A DNA stretch of 64,000 bases from Candidatus Bathyarchaeia archaeon (GTDB lineage Archaea; Thermoproteota; Bathyarchaeia; Bathyarchaeales; Bathycorpusculaceae): NCBI GenBank assembly GCA_049515895.1, contig JBEKTQ010000008.1, forward strand, positions 32,001 through 96,000, given 5' to 3'. Made by a program: the position numbers and the translations under genes. Shown in pieces: positions 10,134-19,983 of this stretch. The notes under the pieces are model-generated. The model did no database searches and was not told the origin of the DNA. It saw only the letters and a list, made by a program, of their open reading frames with translations. The first letter of the stretch is position 1. Every line of letters begins with the position of its first letter.

Positions 10134-11759
10134 ATGCAACATTCAAGCGACATATCCAAAGTGTCTCGACTGAAACTGGCAATCAAAGCTAACAAGTGGC
10201 GGCTATCTTTTCTCGTCTTCGCAGTTTTCTACGCTTACCTGCTAACCCTGAGCATTGGTTACATGAGTCCCCAATGGGACGAAATGCCTCACCTCTTCGG
10301 CGGTTTACTCTTAGTTCGAGGACAAACACATACGTATCTTACAACGTATGGCTATTACCCGCCACTTTTTGACCTCATTACAACAGGGTACATGCAAATC
10401 ATCGGCATAACTACCGCTGCTGGCAGATTGGTTTCTGTGACCTTTGCTTTGCTCGCCATCTGGGCTGTATTTGAGTTAGGCACCAAAATGTACGGCCCGA
10501 AGAATGCTCTGCTCGCAAGCATTTTTCTCGGCACAACGCCTGGTTTTTTTTGGGTTTCAAGAGTAACAATGCTTGAAACAATCCTTATCTTCTTCTTTAC
10601 TGCGTTAATGTTTGTTTTCTATTCTTGGATAACCAGAAACAACTACAAAGCGCTAGTTTTCAGCGGCATAGTCTTGGGCATAGGTATCCTGGCGAAATAT
10701 CAAATGGCAGTAGCAGCCGTAGCAATGGCACTCAGCGTACTGACTTTGTCTAGAAAGCGATTGAAGATAAACTTGGCCAAACTCATAGTGATCTTCGTAA
10801 TCGCAATATTGGTCGTAGCACCATGGTTTTTAATGGTTTATCAAATTGATGGACAAACGAAATTCCAAACCATAACATCTGTCTTGGAGAGCGGGTCCCA
10901 AAATACGCCGGCATACAGCAACCGATTTTTTATTCCAGTTTACTACCTGGTTGAACTCACCTCGCCATTCCAAGACATCGCAGTTCACCCGATCTCAATT
11001 CCCATAATGATTCTAGGCTTGGCTGGCTTGGGCTTGTTTGCCTACAGAAGAAAAAAACAAGATATCTTCCTGCTAACATGGTTCTTGGCAGTTTACGTTT
11101 TCTTTACAGTAATTCCGAACAGACAATGGCGCTATGTCGACTCAGTCTTTCCGATTTTAGCTATCTCAGCTGCAGGTTTCCTCATTTTTCTTTATGGAAA
11201 GATCCATTCGTGGCAGTCCATGCAAATGAATCCGGGAAGAATCTCGGTCAATAAGTTGGCAGCGGCACTTTTCATTTTCCTTGCTGCATCAACGATTCTC
11301 TACTCTGCTAACGATGCATACCAAATGACCATTCGAGACGAAACATCTATTCCAATAGCAGAAACTACGACCTATCTAGCCAATCACTTAGATCAGAACC
11401 AGTCAGCTGTGCTTGTTTGTTCTTTCAACCTTTTAGACCAAGACATGTTCCGTTTTTACTTGCCTGCCAACATGTCAACAAACCAGATTTGGCAATACCC
11501 TAGCTTAGCAGTTGACGCTTACACAATCGACTTCAACATCACCCAATTCATAAACCTGTGCGAACAACGCAACGTAAAATACTTAATCCTGTACGATTAC
11601 GGTTCGAACACCCAGTTCTACAACACCACACTAACCTATGCAGACATTCTACAGATTATCTACAACACCGGTAGGTTCGGCGTCCCAACGGACCAGCCAT
11701 TCTTCGGCCAAATGCCCAACAGACTCTTCTTAGTACGGTTTAACCAAACCCAAACTTAA
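10134..11759 (+). CDS. GT-C fold membrane glycosyltransferase (ArnT/PMT-like)
   Basis: Multiple TM helices; WDE and YPPL loop motifs; LAKY; RY motif; divergent from GT2. Confidence 0.8.
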   Translation: MQHSSDISKVSRLKLAIKANKWRLSFLVFAVFYAYLLTLSIGYMSPQWDEMPHLFGGLLLVRGQTHTYLTTYGYYPPLFDLITTGYMQIIGITTAAGRLVSVTFALLAIWAVFELGTKMYGPKNALLASIFLGTTPGFFWVSRVTMLETILIFFFTALMFVFYSWITRNNYKALVFSGIVLGIGILAKYQMAVAAVAMALSVLTLSRKRLKINLAKLIVIFVIAILVVAPWFLMVYQIDGQTKFQTITSVLESGSQNTPAYSNRFFIPVYYLVELTSPFQDIAVHPISIPIMILGLAGLGLFAYRRKKQDIFLLTWFLAVYVFFTVIPNRQWRYVDSVFPILAISAAGFLIFLYGKIHSWQSMQMNPGRISVNKLAAALFIFLAASTILYSANDAYQMTIRDETSIPIAETTTYLANHLDQNQSAVLVCSFNLLDQDMFRFYLPANMSTNQIWQYPSLAVDAYTIDFNITQFINLCEQRNVKYLILYDYGSNTQFYNTTLTYADILQIIYNTGRFGVPTDQPFFGQMPNRLFLVRFNQTQT

Positions 11760-11762
11760 CCC

Positions 11763-12209
11763 CTAGCCCACTTCCAAAAGTTCAAAACCAGTTACGTCAT
11801 CTTTCGCCCTCCTAGCAGATGCCCCGGCAAGCTCAAGAATGACAATTTCGCCAATTTGCCAAACGTCTACGCCCAAGCGCACGCAGCCTGTAACCGCAGT
11901 GTCGTTTCTTCCAAAACTGGCGTGCATGTGGAGTTTTGGTTTGCCTTTTTCATCTGGGAAGAGTGTTCCCACGCCGCATGCTTCGTGGACGCCTTTAAGC
12001 AGGGTTACCATGGGTTCAGGAGGAAGCACCGCTCCATCTTTTGGTCCCACTACAACTTTGCTTTTGTCTTCCGCACCGCCCAAAAAGAAGCACAGTCCAC
12101 TTAAAATTTTTTTTCCGGAAGCAAATTTTTCTATTACTTCGTGAATGTGCTCTCCCTGACAAAGTCTGAGAATGAAGACTCTTCCCAAGTTTGCTTCGGC
12201 ATAATCCAA
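11763..12209 (-). CDS. PPC-domain (DUF296) protein
   Basis: GRVFILRL..GE, LHMHASFG and TGC motifs; TTG start after GGAGG. Confidence 0.8.
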   Translation of the reverse strand: MDYAEANLGRVFILRLCQGEHIHEVIEKFASGKKILSGLCFFLGGAEDKSKVVVGPKDGAVLPPEPMVTLLKGVHEACGVGTLFPDEKGKPKLHMHASFGRNDTAVTGCVRLGVDVWQIGEIVILELAGASARRAKDDVTGFELLEVG

Positions 12210-12309
12210 GTCTACAGACCCTCCTAACGCATTAAGCCGATGGTAATCAAGTATAAAAGAATTAAAGCGCATGAAAAAATGTTTTATGAACCGAGCGCTG
12301 TATTTTGGC

Positions 12310-12474
12310 TTATATCCTGTTCAGGTAAAGTGTTTTCTTGGCTTCTTCTTTTCTCTTTTGCAATGGCACATTTTGCTTGCTTTGCGCTGTAATAACCGCG
12401 CATCCAGTAGGGACGCTGTCGGCTAGCAGCTTGCATTTTTGGGTGGATTGTGCCTCTGCGCTTTCTTTAGTCAT
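12310..12474 (-). CDS. Small hypothetical protein (54 aa; not in ORF track)
   Basis: ATG with GAGG upstream; MTKESAEAQSTQKCKLLADSVPTGCAVITAQSKQNVPLQKRKEEAKKTLYLNRI; fills an intergenic gap. Confidence 0.5.
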   Translation of the reverse strand: MTKESAEAQSTQKCKLLADSVPTGCAVITAQSKQNVPLQKRKEEAKKTLYLNRI

Positions 12475-12620
12475 AATTTAAACCTCTTTGATGTTCCCCA
12501 TCGGTATTAAAGCAAGCTTATAAACGTTATCCTGATTTTAGAAGGGTTATTTTGAATACCTCAAATTATCGAACGAAACTAATTTGGGTGCAAAGTGTTA
12601 CTTATGCTAACCTCTACATT

Positions 12621-13217
12621 TTACCTTCTAAAACGGTCATTTTTCCATACGTCTGCACTGTCACTGTAGCCACGTCGCTCCCAGAAACCTAAAGCTTTAC
12701 CTCTGGTAAACTGCAAATGCACCACCCACAAAGCGCTTTTGTAGGCATATTTGCTTGGAACTACGAGGCGCACAGGAAACCCGTAGCCTTCTTCAAGAAC
12801 TTGATCATTAAGCTTGTAGGCCAAAAGCACATCGTTCCCTTGGAGCTCCTCTCGGAAAAGCGAAGTTGTATATGAGTCTGCTGATTCAAAAGTTACAGCT
12901 TTAGCGACATCTTTCGGCTTAGCGAGTTTTTCGATTTCTCGGATGCTTACGCCTTCCCATTTGCAGTCCGGAACGCTCCAGCCCTCCACACAATGGAAAT
13001 CGCTAATTGAAACGGTTTTGGGCAGCTTCATGAAGTCATTCCAGCTGAGCGCGACTTGGTTTTCTACTTCTCCGTCAATCGTTAACGTATAAGTTTCAAG
13101 TTTAAGCTGAGGATTAGTTGAGGTTATGCCTGGATGATCAATCTCCCAACGTAACAGGCGACCAGTCGCATGTTGGTCAGGCGGCAGTTTTTTCTTGTTC
13201 GGCTGTTTGAAATTCAA
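12621..13217 (-). CDS. Molybdopterin-dependent oxidoreductase (sulfite oxidase/MsrP-like)
   Basis: DFHCVEGWS, GFPVRLVVP, YAYKSALW and GFWE.RGY motifs. Confidence 0.85.
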   Translation of the reverse strand: MNFKQPNKKKLPPDQHATGRLLRWEIDHPGITSTNPQLKLETYTLTIDGEVENQVALSWNDFMKLPKTVSISDFHCVEGWSVPDCKWEGVSIREIEKLAKPKDVAKAVTFESADSYTTSLFREELQGNDVLLAYKLNDQVLEEGYGFPVRLVVPSKYAYKSALWVVHLQFTRGKALGFWERRGYSDSADVWKNDRFRR

Positions 13218-13270
13218 AGATGTGACCTATAAATCTAAAAGGTTCGCAACAATAAAAGTTTGCTCAGGTT

Positions 13271-14374
13271 TTAGCTTGCCTGGAAGAAATGTGTCAGCTG
13301 CTTCTGACGTCGCTCTTCCCTGCTGAACCCTGAGACTTTAACACCAACCCTTCGAACTTCGAGCGGGGTTTCATCTAAGAATTTTTCAAACAATTCCCCC
13401 ACGTTTCTGTCGATTGTTACTTTGTCTTTGGCTGGTTGCTCAAGCGTTACGGATCTAGTTTTGCTGCTTAAGTCGGTAAGAACAACGTAGATCGCCACCT
13501 GCCTAAAACTCAAATTCCTCACTGCAACGTCTTTCGCGACGTCTTCGGTTAGCTCAGCGGTTTTCTGGAGGATAAAAGCCAGGTCACGAGAATCCTGCTT
13601 CAAGGTACCGATTCTACTTATGGATTCAGCTTCGCCCTGCTCGTGAACAGGCTCATTATCAATAGCGTTGGCTGCGTTATGGAAGTAGACGCCCAGTATT
13701 TTTCCCCATATAGCCACGAGTCGCTGCACGTCAAAGATGGCTAGGTCTCCAACTGTTTTGATGCCTAAAGACTCCATAACTGCTGAGGTCTTCTTCCCGA
13801 CACCTAAGATTCGATCAACTGCTAACGGCGCAAGAAAAATCTTTGCTTCCTCAGGTCTCACTACGGTTAAGCCATCGGGTTTTTGGCTGTCGCAAGCAAT
13901 TTTGGCCACAAGCTTGTTTGTTCCAACGCCAATTGAAAAAGAAATTCCCACTTTACTCTTAACTTCATCTTTTATTATTTGCGCGTACTCCTTAGCCCTA
14001 TCAAAACTGCCTTGAACCTGCTCCGTAACATCCAGGTATGCCTCGTCAATGCTGACCTGCTCAAGGCTTGTTGCGTAGGTCTTGAGAATCTGCATGATGC
14101 GATTGCTTATTTGCTCGTAATATTCGTGGTCAACTGGCAGGAAAACTGCGGTGGTTCCCTCAAGCTTCCGCTTAGCCATAAATAGCGGCATGCCTGACTT
14201 AACGGCGTATTTTCTGGCTATGTAGTTGCTGGTGCTAACGGCTCCGCTTTCTTCCGTACGTCCTGAGTAGACGCCAACAACAACGGGTTTATCTTTGAGG
14301 GTTGGGTTGCGGAGCTCCTCGCATTGCGCAAAGAAATAGTCGAAATCCACAAGCATAACCACACGGTTCTGCAT
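13271..14374 (-). CDS. dinB: DNA polymerase IV (Y family, DinB/Dpo4)
   Basis: VDFDYFFAQ, SNY.AR, SIDEAYLD and K.AKIA..KPDG motifs; C-terminal PIP-like QLTHFF. Confidence 0.95.
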   Translation of the reverse strand: MQNRVVMLVDFDYFFAQCEELRNPTLKDKPVVVGVYSGRTEESGAVSTSNYIARKYAVKSGMPLFMAKRKLEGTTAVFLPVDHEYYEQISNRIMQILKTYATSLEQVSIDEAYLDVTEQVQGSFDRAKEYAQIIKDEVKSKVGISFSIGVGTNKLVAKIACDSQKPDGLTVVRPEEAKIFLAPLAVDRILGVGKKTSAVMESLGIKTVGDLAIFDVQRLVAIWGKILGVYFHNAANAIDNEPVHEQGEAESISRIGTLKQDSRDLAFILQKTAELTEDVAKDVAVRNLSFRQVAIYVVLTDLSSKTRSVTLEQPAKDKVTIDRNVGELFEKFLDETPLEVRRVGVKVSGFSREERRQKQLTHFFQAS

Positions 14375-14379
14375 GAGCG

Positions 14380-15249
14380 TCAGGTCCCCTTCGCCTTAGG
14401 CATAAGCCAAGAACCATCGCATGGCGCAGTGTTTAACTCAGTTAAGCCTTCCCTGCAAACCCCAAACCTCATTCCATGAGCCACCGCCAAGTCACGGATA
14501 CTTTTCAAAAGCTTGAACCTGACCTCTCTTGGCAAAAGCGTGTTGCCGCCGATTTTTTCGCCCTGTTGGAAATAGAGTGGTTTAAGCTTCTCCGCAACTT
14601 TTGGTAGTGCTTGGGTGAGCCGTATCCAATTGTCTGGTTTGGCCTTGTAAGTTGAACAAGTTAAATGTTTGACGCCTATGCACTCCAAATCCGCGATAAG
14701 TTCTTCCGGCTGATCATTCACGAGAGGTATGATAGGGTCTAACCTTACGGATACGGGTATGCCTGCTTTTACCAAGTCCTGAGCTGCCCTGAGGCGCAAA
14801 GAAGGCAAGGGCGCAAACGGCTCGATAAGCCTCGCTAAATGCTCGTCTTCGGTTGTTATGGTCAACGCAACAGTTGACGGCATATTGCTGAGTAAATCGT
14901 TATCTCGTGTTACCAAGTTGCTTTTTGTAATTATTTGAATTTTGCACTTGCTCCCGGCGAGGATTTCGAGACTTCGCCTAGTCAGGCCTTCTGAAGCTTC
15001 CACGCGTGGGTAAGGGTCTGAAGAGTTGGATAACGATATGGTTTCGCCATTAAGCTTCGCCGCTTCTCGCTTCAAAATGGTAAGTAAGTCCTTTTTCGGC
15101 TTGCAATCCTTGAAGTTTGGAATGTAGCTGGAGGCGTAGCAGTAGATGCATTTGTGGTCGCATCCTGTGTAAGGGTTAAAGGTAAGTTTTGGCGGGCAAG
15201 TACACAGTCCACTTTGCCATGGATCAAACTTCGCGATTAACGGCACCAT
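14380..15249 (-). CDS. Radical SAM protein, spore photoproduct lyase-like family
   Basis: NPYTGCDHKCIYCYA (CxxxCxxC), SDPYP, TKS and C.EG motifs; stop is 5 nt from the dinB start. Confidence 0.8.
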   Translation of the reverse strand: MVPLIAKFDPWQSGLCTCPPKLTFNPYTGCDHKCIYCYASSYIPNFKDCKPKKDLLTILKREAAKLNGETISLSNSSDPYPRVEASEGLTRRSLEILAGSKCKIQIITKSNLVTRDNDLLSNMPSTVALTITTEDEHLARLIEPFAPLPSLRLRAAQDLVKAGIPVSVRLDPIIPLVNDQPEELIADLECIGVKHLTCSTYKAKPDNWIRLTQALPKVAEKLKPLYFQQGEKIGGNTLLPREVRFKLLKSIRDLAVAHGMRFGVCREGLTELNTAPCDGSWLMPKAKGT

Positions 15250-15471
15250 TTTCCCTTACGGTTACTTATGCGATTGAGGTAAACAAAAAGGATTCGCAAC
15301 AAGAACGAGGTTTGAAGCCCAAAACCGCTTGCTTAAGTTCAGATGGGGAACCGCCAGTTATAATCTTGCCGTGGTTGATGATGGAGAGTTGCCGGCAGAG
15401 TCTGTCTGCCTCCTCCAGGTACCATTTACATTCGCTGAAACAATAATGTCAAAAAATCCGACAAAATCTTC

Positions 15472-15894
15472 TTATGGACAACATTTGCCTTTAGGGATGG
15501 GGTGCCCATGGGGGCATTTTGTCGGATGGTTTAACAACGTGCACAAGGCGTCCATGAACTCTTCATCCATGTGATGTTCCATGCCACAGACAGTTTCTTC
15601 TCGAATATCCGTCTTCAAGGTTTCTTTCATCAGCACTTCGGTTAGTCTATGAGCTCGAATTATTCTCCGCGCTATTTTTCGTCCTTTGTCGGTAAGTTCG
15701 ATACCTTGTCTTACTTTGTAAATTACGAGACCCTCTTTCTCGAGCTTTTTCAGCATTTCCAGCGCGCTTGGAGCTGCAACTCCCAGATGATCTGCTATCC
15801 AGGTTAGGTGTGTAATTTTTTCTCCGTGTTCTTCTGATATCCAGAGTGTTTCTAAGTATTCTTCTACACTTTCAGAGATGCACATTTGAGTCAA
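15472..15894 (-). CDS. DtxR/MntR family metal-dependent repressor
   Basis: EEYL, HTH, LT.KG, HRL.E, MEHH and CPHG.PIP motifs. Confidence 0.92.
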   Translation of the reverse strand: MTQMCISESVEEYLETLWISEEHGEKITHLTWIADHLGVAAPSALEMLKKLEKEGLVIYKVRQGIELTDKGRKIARRIIRAHRLTEVLMKETLKTDIREETVCGMEHHMDEEFMDALCTLLNHPTKCPHGHPIPKGKCCP

Positions 15895-15969
15895 TTAGTA
15901 GAGTGTTCTCGCTTGTCATATAAGTTTTGACTTATGCATTTCTTTGCGGTTCTGTTGATTGCGAAAGAC

Positions 15970-16022
15970 TTAGGAACACCTAAATGTTAATATTCAAGCG
16001 TGTGACTTAGGTAAACCTAAGT
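15970..16022. promoter_or_regulatory. Two DtxR-family operators flanking a TATA-like element
   Basis: TTAGGAACACCTAA (15970-15983) and ACTTAGGT-AA-ACCTAAGT (16005-16022), with TTAATATT between; lies between the divergent regulator and transporter. Confidence 0.8.
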
Positions 16023-16024
16023 GA

Positions 16025-17221
16025 GTGGGAAATATGAACCAAAAAGTGAGCGACTGGCTAAAAAACTTCGGACCAGCATGGATCGTAATGATAGCAGACG
16101 TAGACGTCGCCTCCATCATCACCGGGCTCCAAGCAGGCGCAAGCTGGGGCTACAGAATGATCTTTATACTGATAGTCTTAATTTTCCCACTCTTCATAAT
16201 ACAGGACGCAGCAGGCCGCCTCGGAATCGCCTCAGGCAGAGGGCTCGGAGAACAAATAAGAAACAACTTTGGAAAAAAAGCCGCGGTTTTGGCTGCTATC
16301 CCAATGGGTTTAAGCGACTTTTTGGAGTATATTGCACAGTATGCGGGCATCGCAATCGGCTTCGCATTGATAGGTTTCCCAGTGATTTTGGGGCTCCTCA
16401 TGGTGTTCGGGATCCACACGCTAATCGTTTTCGGGCGCCAGTACCATCAAGCCGAGAAGGTGCTCATACCTGTCAGCTTCTTGCTGATGATCGCAATTGT
16501 CAGCTCAACGTTTGTTTTCCACGTCAACTTTGGATCGTTTGTTACGCTGGGTCTTTCGCCCCTGCAACCCTACGGAAACCCTTCCTTCGCTTATCTGCTT
16601 GCAGCCAGCGTCGGTGCAGTCATCATGCCGTGGATGCTCTATTTCCATTCAGGTGCAGATTCCCGAAGACACAAGGAGGTTAAAGATCTAAAAAACGAAC
16701 GCTTAGAAACTTTAATCGGCGCAGTAGTTTCCGAAATCCTCATGATAATACTTGTCGTGGTTGGGTTAAACGTTTTCAGCGGAGATCGACTGATCAACGT
16801 TAACGAACTGTCGAAAGTGCTTCCTGTGTTTGGCAACTACGCCGTACCGATAATGGGAATGGGATTCATCTTCGCAGGCTTTCTAGCCCTCGTTGTGGTA
16901 TCTCTCGGTTCAGCTTGGGGTGTCCTCGAAGCAACGGGACGTGCAAATTCAAGAACTTCTTTTCTCACAATATACATCTTTGAAAGCCTTCCAGCGCTCA
17001 TTTTAGTTGCTGTCGTCACTGGTTACATTCAATTGATGCTTAACATGATGTTCATCTTCCCCATCGTTCTAATACCTTCCTTGTATTTCTTGGGCAGGCT
17101 TGTAACAAAAAAGGAAGTAATGAACGGGAACCAATACAAGAGATACGAGAAATACGCCTTCTGGATAGCCACGCTAATAGTGGTTGCTGGGGGACTACTT
17201 GGACTATTCAGCGTGCTTTGA
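16025..17221 (+). CDS. Nramp-superfamily divalent metal transporter
   Basis: FGP.W..MIADVD..SI..G.QAGA..GY, GAVIMPW; about 11 TM helices; ATG 16034 is an alternative start. Confidence 0.85.
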   Translation: MGNMNQKVSDWLKNFGPAWIVMIADVDVASIITGLQAGASWGYRMIFILIVLIFPLFIIQDAAGRLGIASGRGLGEQIRNNFGKKAAVLAAIPMGLSDFLEYIAQYAGIAIGFALIGFPVILGLLMVFGIHTLIVFGRQYHQAEKVLIPVSFLLMIAIVSSTFVFHVNFGSFVTLGLSPLQPYGNPSFAYLLAASVGAVIMPWMLYFHSGADSRRHKEVKDLKNERLETLIGAVVSEILMIILVVVGLNVFSGDRLINVNELSKVLPVFGNYAVPIMGMGFIFAGFLALVVVSLGSAWGVLEATGRANSRTSFLTIYIFESLPALILVAVVTGYIQLMLNMMFIFPIVLIPSLYFLGRLVTKKEVMNGNQYKRYEKYAFWIATLIVVAGGLLGLFSVL

Positions 17222-17304
17222 AGGCTTCCCGTCAAGATGGCGAATTTGACCCTAAAACTTTTATTGCACCGAGCACCCATTCTCAATTTCTAAGCTGAAC
17301 TGCC

Positions 17305-18153
17305 ATGACTATTATCCAGCTGCTGTACTCCATAATAATTGGGATCATCCAAGGCGTTTCCGAGTGGCTTCCGATAAGCAGTAAAACGCAGATTATTGTC
17401 TCCTCAACGTACCTGTTGAAGCTGACTTTTCAGCAGGCGTACACTTTCGGCTTGTTCATGGAGGTCGGGACATTGACAGCGGCTATAATCTACTTCCGAA
17501 AGGATTTGGTTAAGCTCGTGCAGGTTTTATCGGGTTCGAAGGATGAAATGAAACGCAAACTTTTCTTTTACGTTCTCATCGTCACCTTGATTACAGCCGT
17601 GATTGCTGCTCCTCTGTACCTTATCGCTGATTCTATAACGGGAATAGCGGTTGGCGTTCCCATGCTGGTTATAGGCTTAGTTCTCATAGGCGACGCCGCC
17701 TTGATCAGGTACTCCAAAAAGAGACAGCAAAATGGGGTAGCTCCACGAAAACTGAAAAACCTCACAGTCAAAGATTACCTAGTAATAGGAATCACACAGG
17801 GTATATCGGCGCTGCCGGGCGTTAGCAGATCAGGAATTACCACTAGCGCGATGCTTCTGCTGGGCATCGAACCCGACGAGGCGTTCAGATTGTCCTTTAC
17901 TGCAGGGATTTTCGCTGCCTTGGGAGCTTTCGGGTTGACCTTAATCGCCAGCAAATCAAACGTTGCAGCATCAATCGCGAGTATAGGAATAACAGGTTTG
18001 ATTGTGGCAATAATTACATCATTTATAATCAGCCTGTTTCTCATCGATTTTCTAATTAAATTTGCTGGAAAACAGAAAGTTACCTACCTAACGGCTGCGT
18101 TGGGAGTAATTGCCATAACCAGCGGCTTGTTGTACCTGGTTCTTGGGGTGTAG
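17305..18153 (+). CDS. uppP: Undecaprenyl/polyprenyl-diphosphate phosphatase (BacA family)
   Basis: QGVSEWLPISS and Q..SALPGVSRSG.T motifs. Confidence 0.9.
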   Translation: MTIIQLLYSIIIGIIQGVSEWLPISSKTQIIVSSTYLLKLTFQQAYTFGLFMEVGTLTAAIIYFRKDLVKLVQVLSGSKDEMKRKLFFYVLIVTLITAVIAAPLYLIADSITGIAVGVPMLVIGLVLIGDAALIRYSKKRQQNGVAPRKLKNLTVKDYLVIGITQGISALPGVSRSGITTSAMLLLGIEPDEAFRLSFTAGIFAALGAFGLTLIASKSNVAASIASIGITGLIVAIITSFIISLFLIDFLIKFAGKQKVTYLTAALGVIAITSGLLYLVLGV

Positions 18154-18275
18154 GTCACTTCCACTAAAAATTGCAAATTTCAAACTTTTTCATTGGGTAA
18201 GTTTTCCAAGATGGCGCCTAGAACAGGAGCATAACTTAGAAACCATTAAATCCCTTTGCCTTCCACTATTAGCGC

Positions 18276-19682
18276 ATGAAGAATTTTTTGGATTTCCTCA
18301 AAGAAGAAAACATGAGCTTGTTCACGGATTTTTACGAGTTAACGATGTGCGCAAGCTACTTTGACAATGAAAACTTTGAGCAAGCTACTTTTGATTTGTT
18401 TATCCGGAGGTTGCCCGAAAACCGCTCGTATTTTCTGTTCGCAGGTCTCGAGCAGAGTCTCCAGTACCTGCAAAATATCAAGTTCACCGACGAGCATCTG
18501 GATTACCTTAAAGCGCAAGGTTTTAATGAGGATTTTCTGGACTACCTCCATGGGTTCAAGTTTACGGGTGAAGTTTGGGCCGTTGCAGAAGGCTCGCTGG
18601 CTTTTCCAAATGAACCCTTAATCCGAGTTACGGCCCCGATAATTGAAGCACAACTTGTTGAGACTTTCCTGCTTAACACAGTCAACCTGCAAACCATGAT
18701 AGCCACCAAAGCCTCGCGGGTAGTGCATGCCGCTAAAGGCAGGCCAATAATCGAATTCGGATTAAGAAGGGAACAGGGCCTTGACGCTGGGATGAAGGTA
18801 GCACGGAGCAGCTATATCGCAGGTTGCCAGGGAACAAGCAACGTTTTGGCAGGGCAGGTTTACGGCATTCCAGTTTTCGGAACAATGGCGCATTCGTTCA
18901 TTATGTCTTATTCGAAGGAGATTGATGCATTCCGAGCCTTCACGGAAACTTTCCCGAACAAGTCGACGCTTCTTATAGACACTTACGATGATATATCAGG
19001 CGCAGAAAAAGCCGCAGTCATAGCCAAAGAACTTGAGGCAAAGGGCTGCAAGCTGGGTGGCGTTCGATTGGACAGCGGCGACTTGTCCAAGACTAGCAAG
19101 AAAATCCGAGAGTTTCTTGACGCACAAGGACTAAATTACCTAAAAATCTTTGCCAGCGGTGACCTAGATGAATTCAAAATTGAGGAACTCCTCGACAATG
19201 GCGCTCAAATCGATTCGTTCGGGGTGGGAACAAAAATGGGCACTTCAGCCGATAGACCTTACCTGGATGTGATTTACAAGCTATGCGAAACCATGAAAGC
19301 AGACGGTGGCTTTTCACCTATCATGAAGCTAAGCAAGGACAAAATCACTCTTCCAGGCAGAAAGCAAGTTTACCGCTTCAAAGACGCCAAGGGCAATTTC
19401 GAGAAAGACACAATTGCTTTGGCGGATGAAAAAATCGAGGCTGAACCTTTGTTGATTAAAGTAATGGAAAAAGGAAAATTGACTTATGCCCTACCATCGC
19501 TAAGCCAAATCCGAGCCAATGCAGCTGTGAGCTTATCTAAGCTTCCAGATAAGTACAAGGCGTTGTCCAGTGCACCTGTTTACACGGTTGAGTTAAGCAA
19601 AAACCTGCTGAACCTAGTGAAAACTCTTAAGCGCCAACTAACAATAAGCGAGATTAATGGTACTTCTTTTGTGCCTGCTTAG
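18276..19682 (+). CDS. pncB: Nicotinate phosphoribosyltransferase
   Basis: TDFYELTM, EFGLRR, GTMAHS, LIDTYD and VRLDSGD motifs. Confidence 0.95.
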   Translation: MKNFLDFLKEENMSLFTDFYELTMCASYFDNENFEQATFDLFIRRLPENRSYFLFAGLEQSLQYLQNIKFTDEHLDYLKAQGFNEDFLDYLHGFKFTGEVWAVAEGSLAFPNEPLIRVTAPIIEAQLVETFLLNTVNLQTMIATKASRVVHAAKGRPIIEFGLRREQGLDAGMKVARSSYIAGCQGTSNVLAGQVYGIPVFGTMAHSFIMSYSKEIDAFRAFTETFPNKSTLLIDTYDDISGAEKAAVIAKELEAKGCKLGGVRLDSGDLSKTSKKIREFLDAQGLNYLKIFASGDLDEFKIEELLDNGAQIDSFGVGTKMGTSADRPYLDVIYKLCETMKADGGFSPIMKLSKDKITLPGRKQVYRFKDAKGNFEKDTIALADEKIEAEPLLIKVMEKGKLTYALPSLSQIRANAAVSLSKLPDKYKALSSAPVYTVELSKNLLNLVKTLKRQLTISEINGTSFVPA

Positions 19683-19983
19683 TTTTTCTTTGTTTTGGCG
19701 CTTTTCTCTTGAGTCACCCGCATAACTGTTTCTCCTTGTGCATGCTGTGGCGGAATTTATCACATTGCTTTAAGTGCTTGGATCATGGGCGAGCCCATCT
19801 ATTTTTTTAGTGAAGAGCAGTAAGCAAATCCTTTACTTTCCCCAAGCAATCTTCCTATAGAAGAGATAAGTCGATTTTGCATGTTGTAATCACCTTTTCT
19901 CGCGTTTTTAGTGTGAAATATGGCAAACACTTAATAGCCTTTTCAGAAGAGGTTAAGTGCTACAGTAAAGGGAAGGCAGCATC

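Noticed and set aside
16021-16683. 220-aa Arg-rich alternative-frame ORF
   Set aside because: Shadow frame of the Nramp gene
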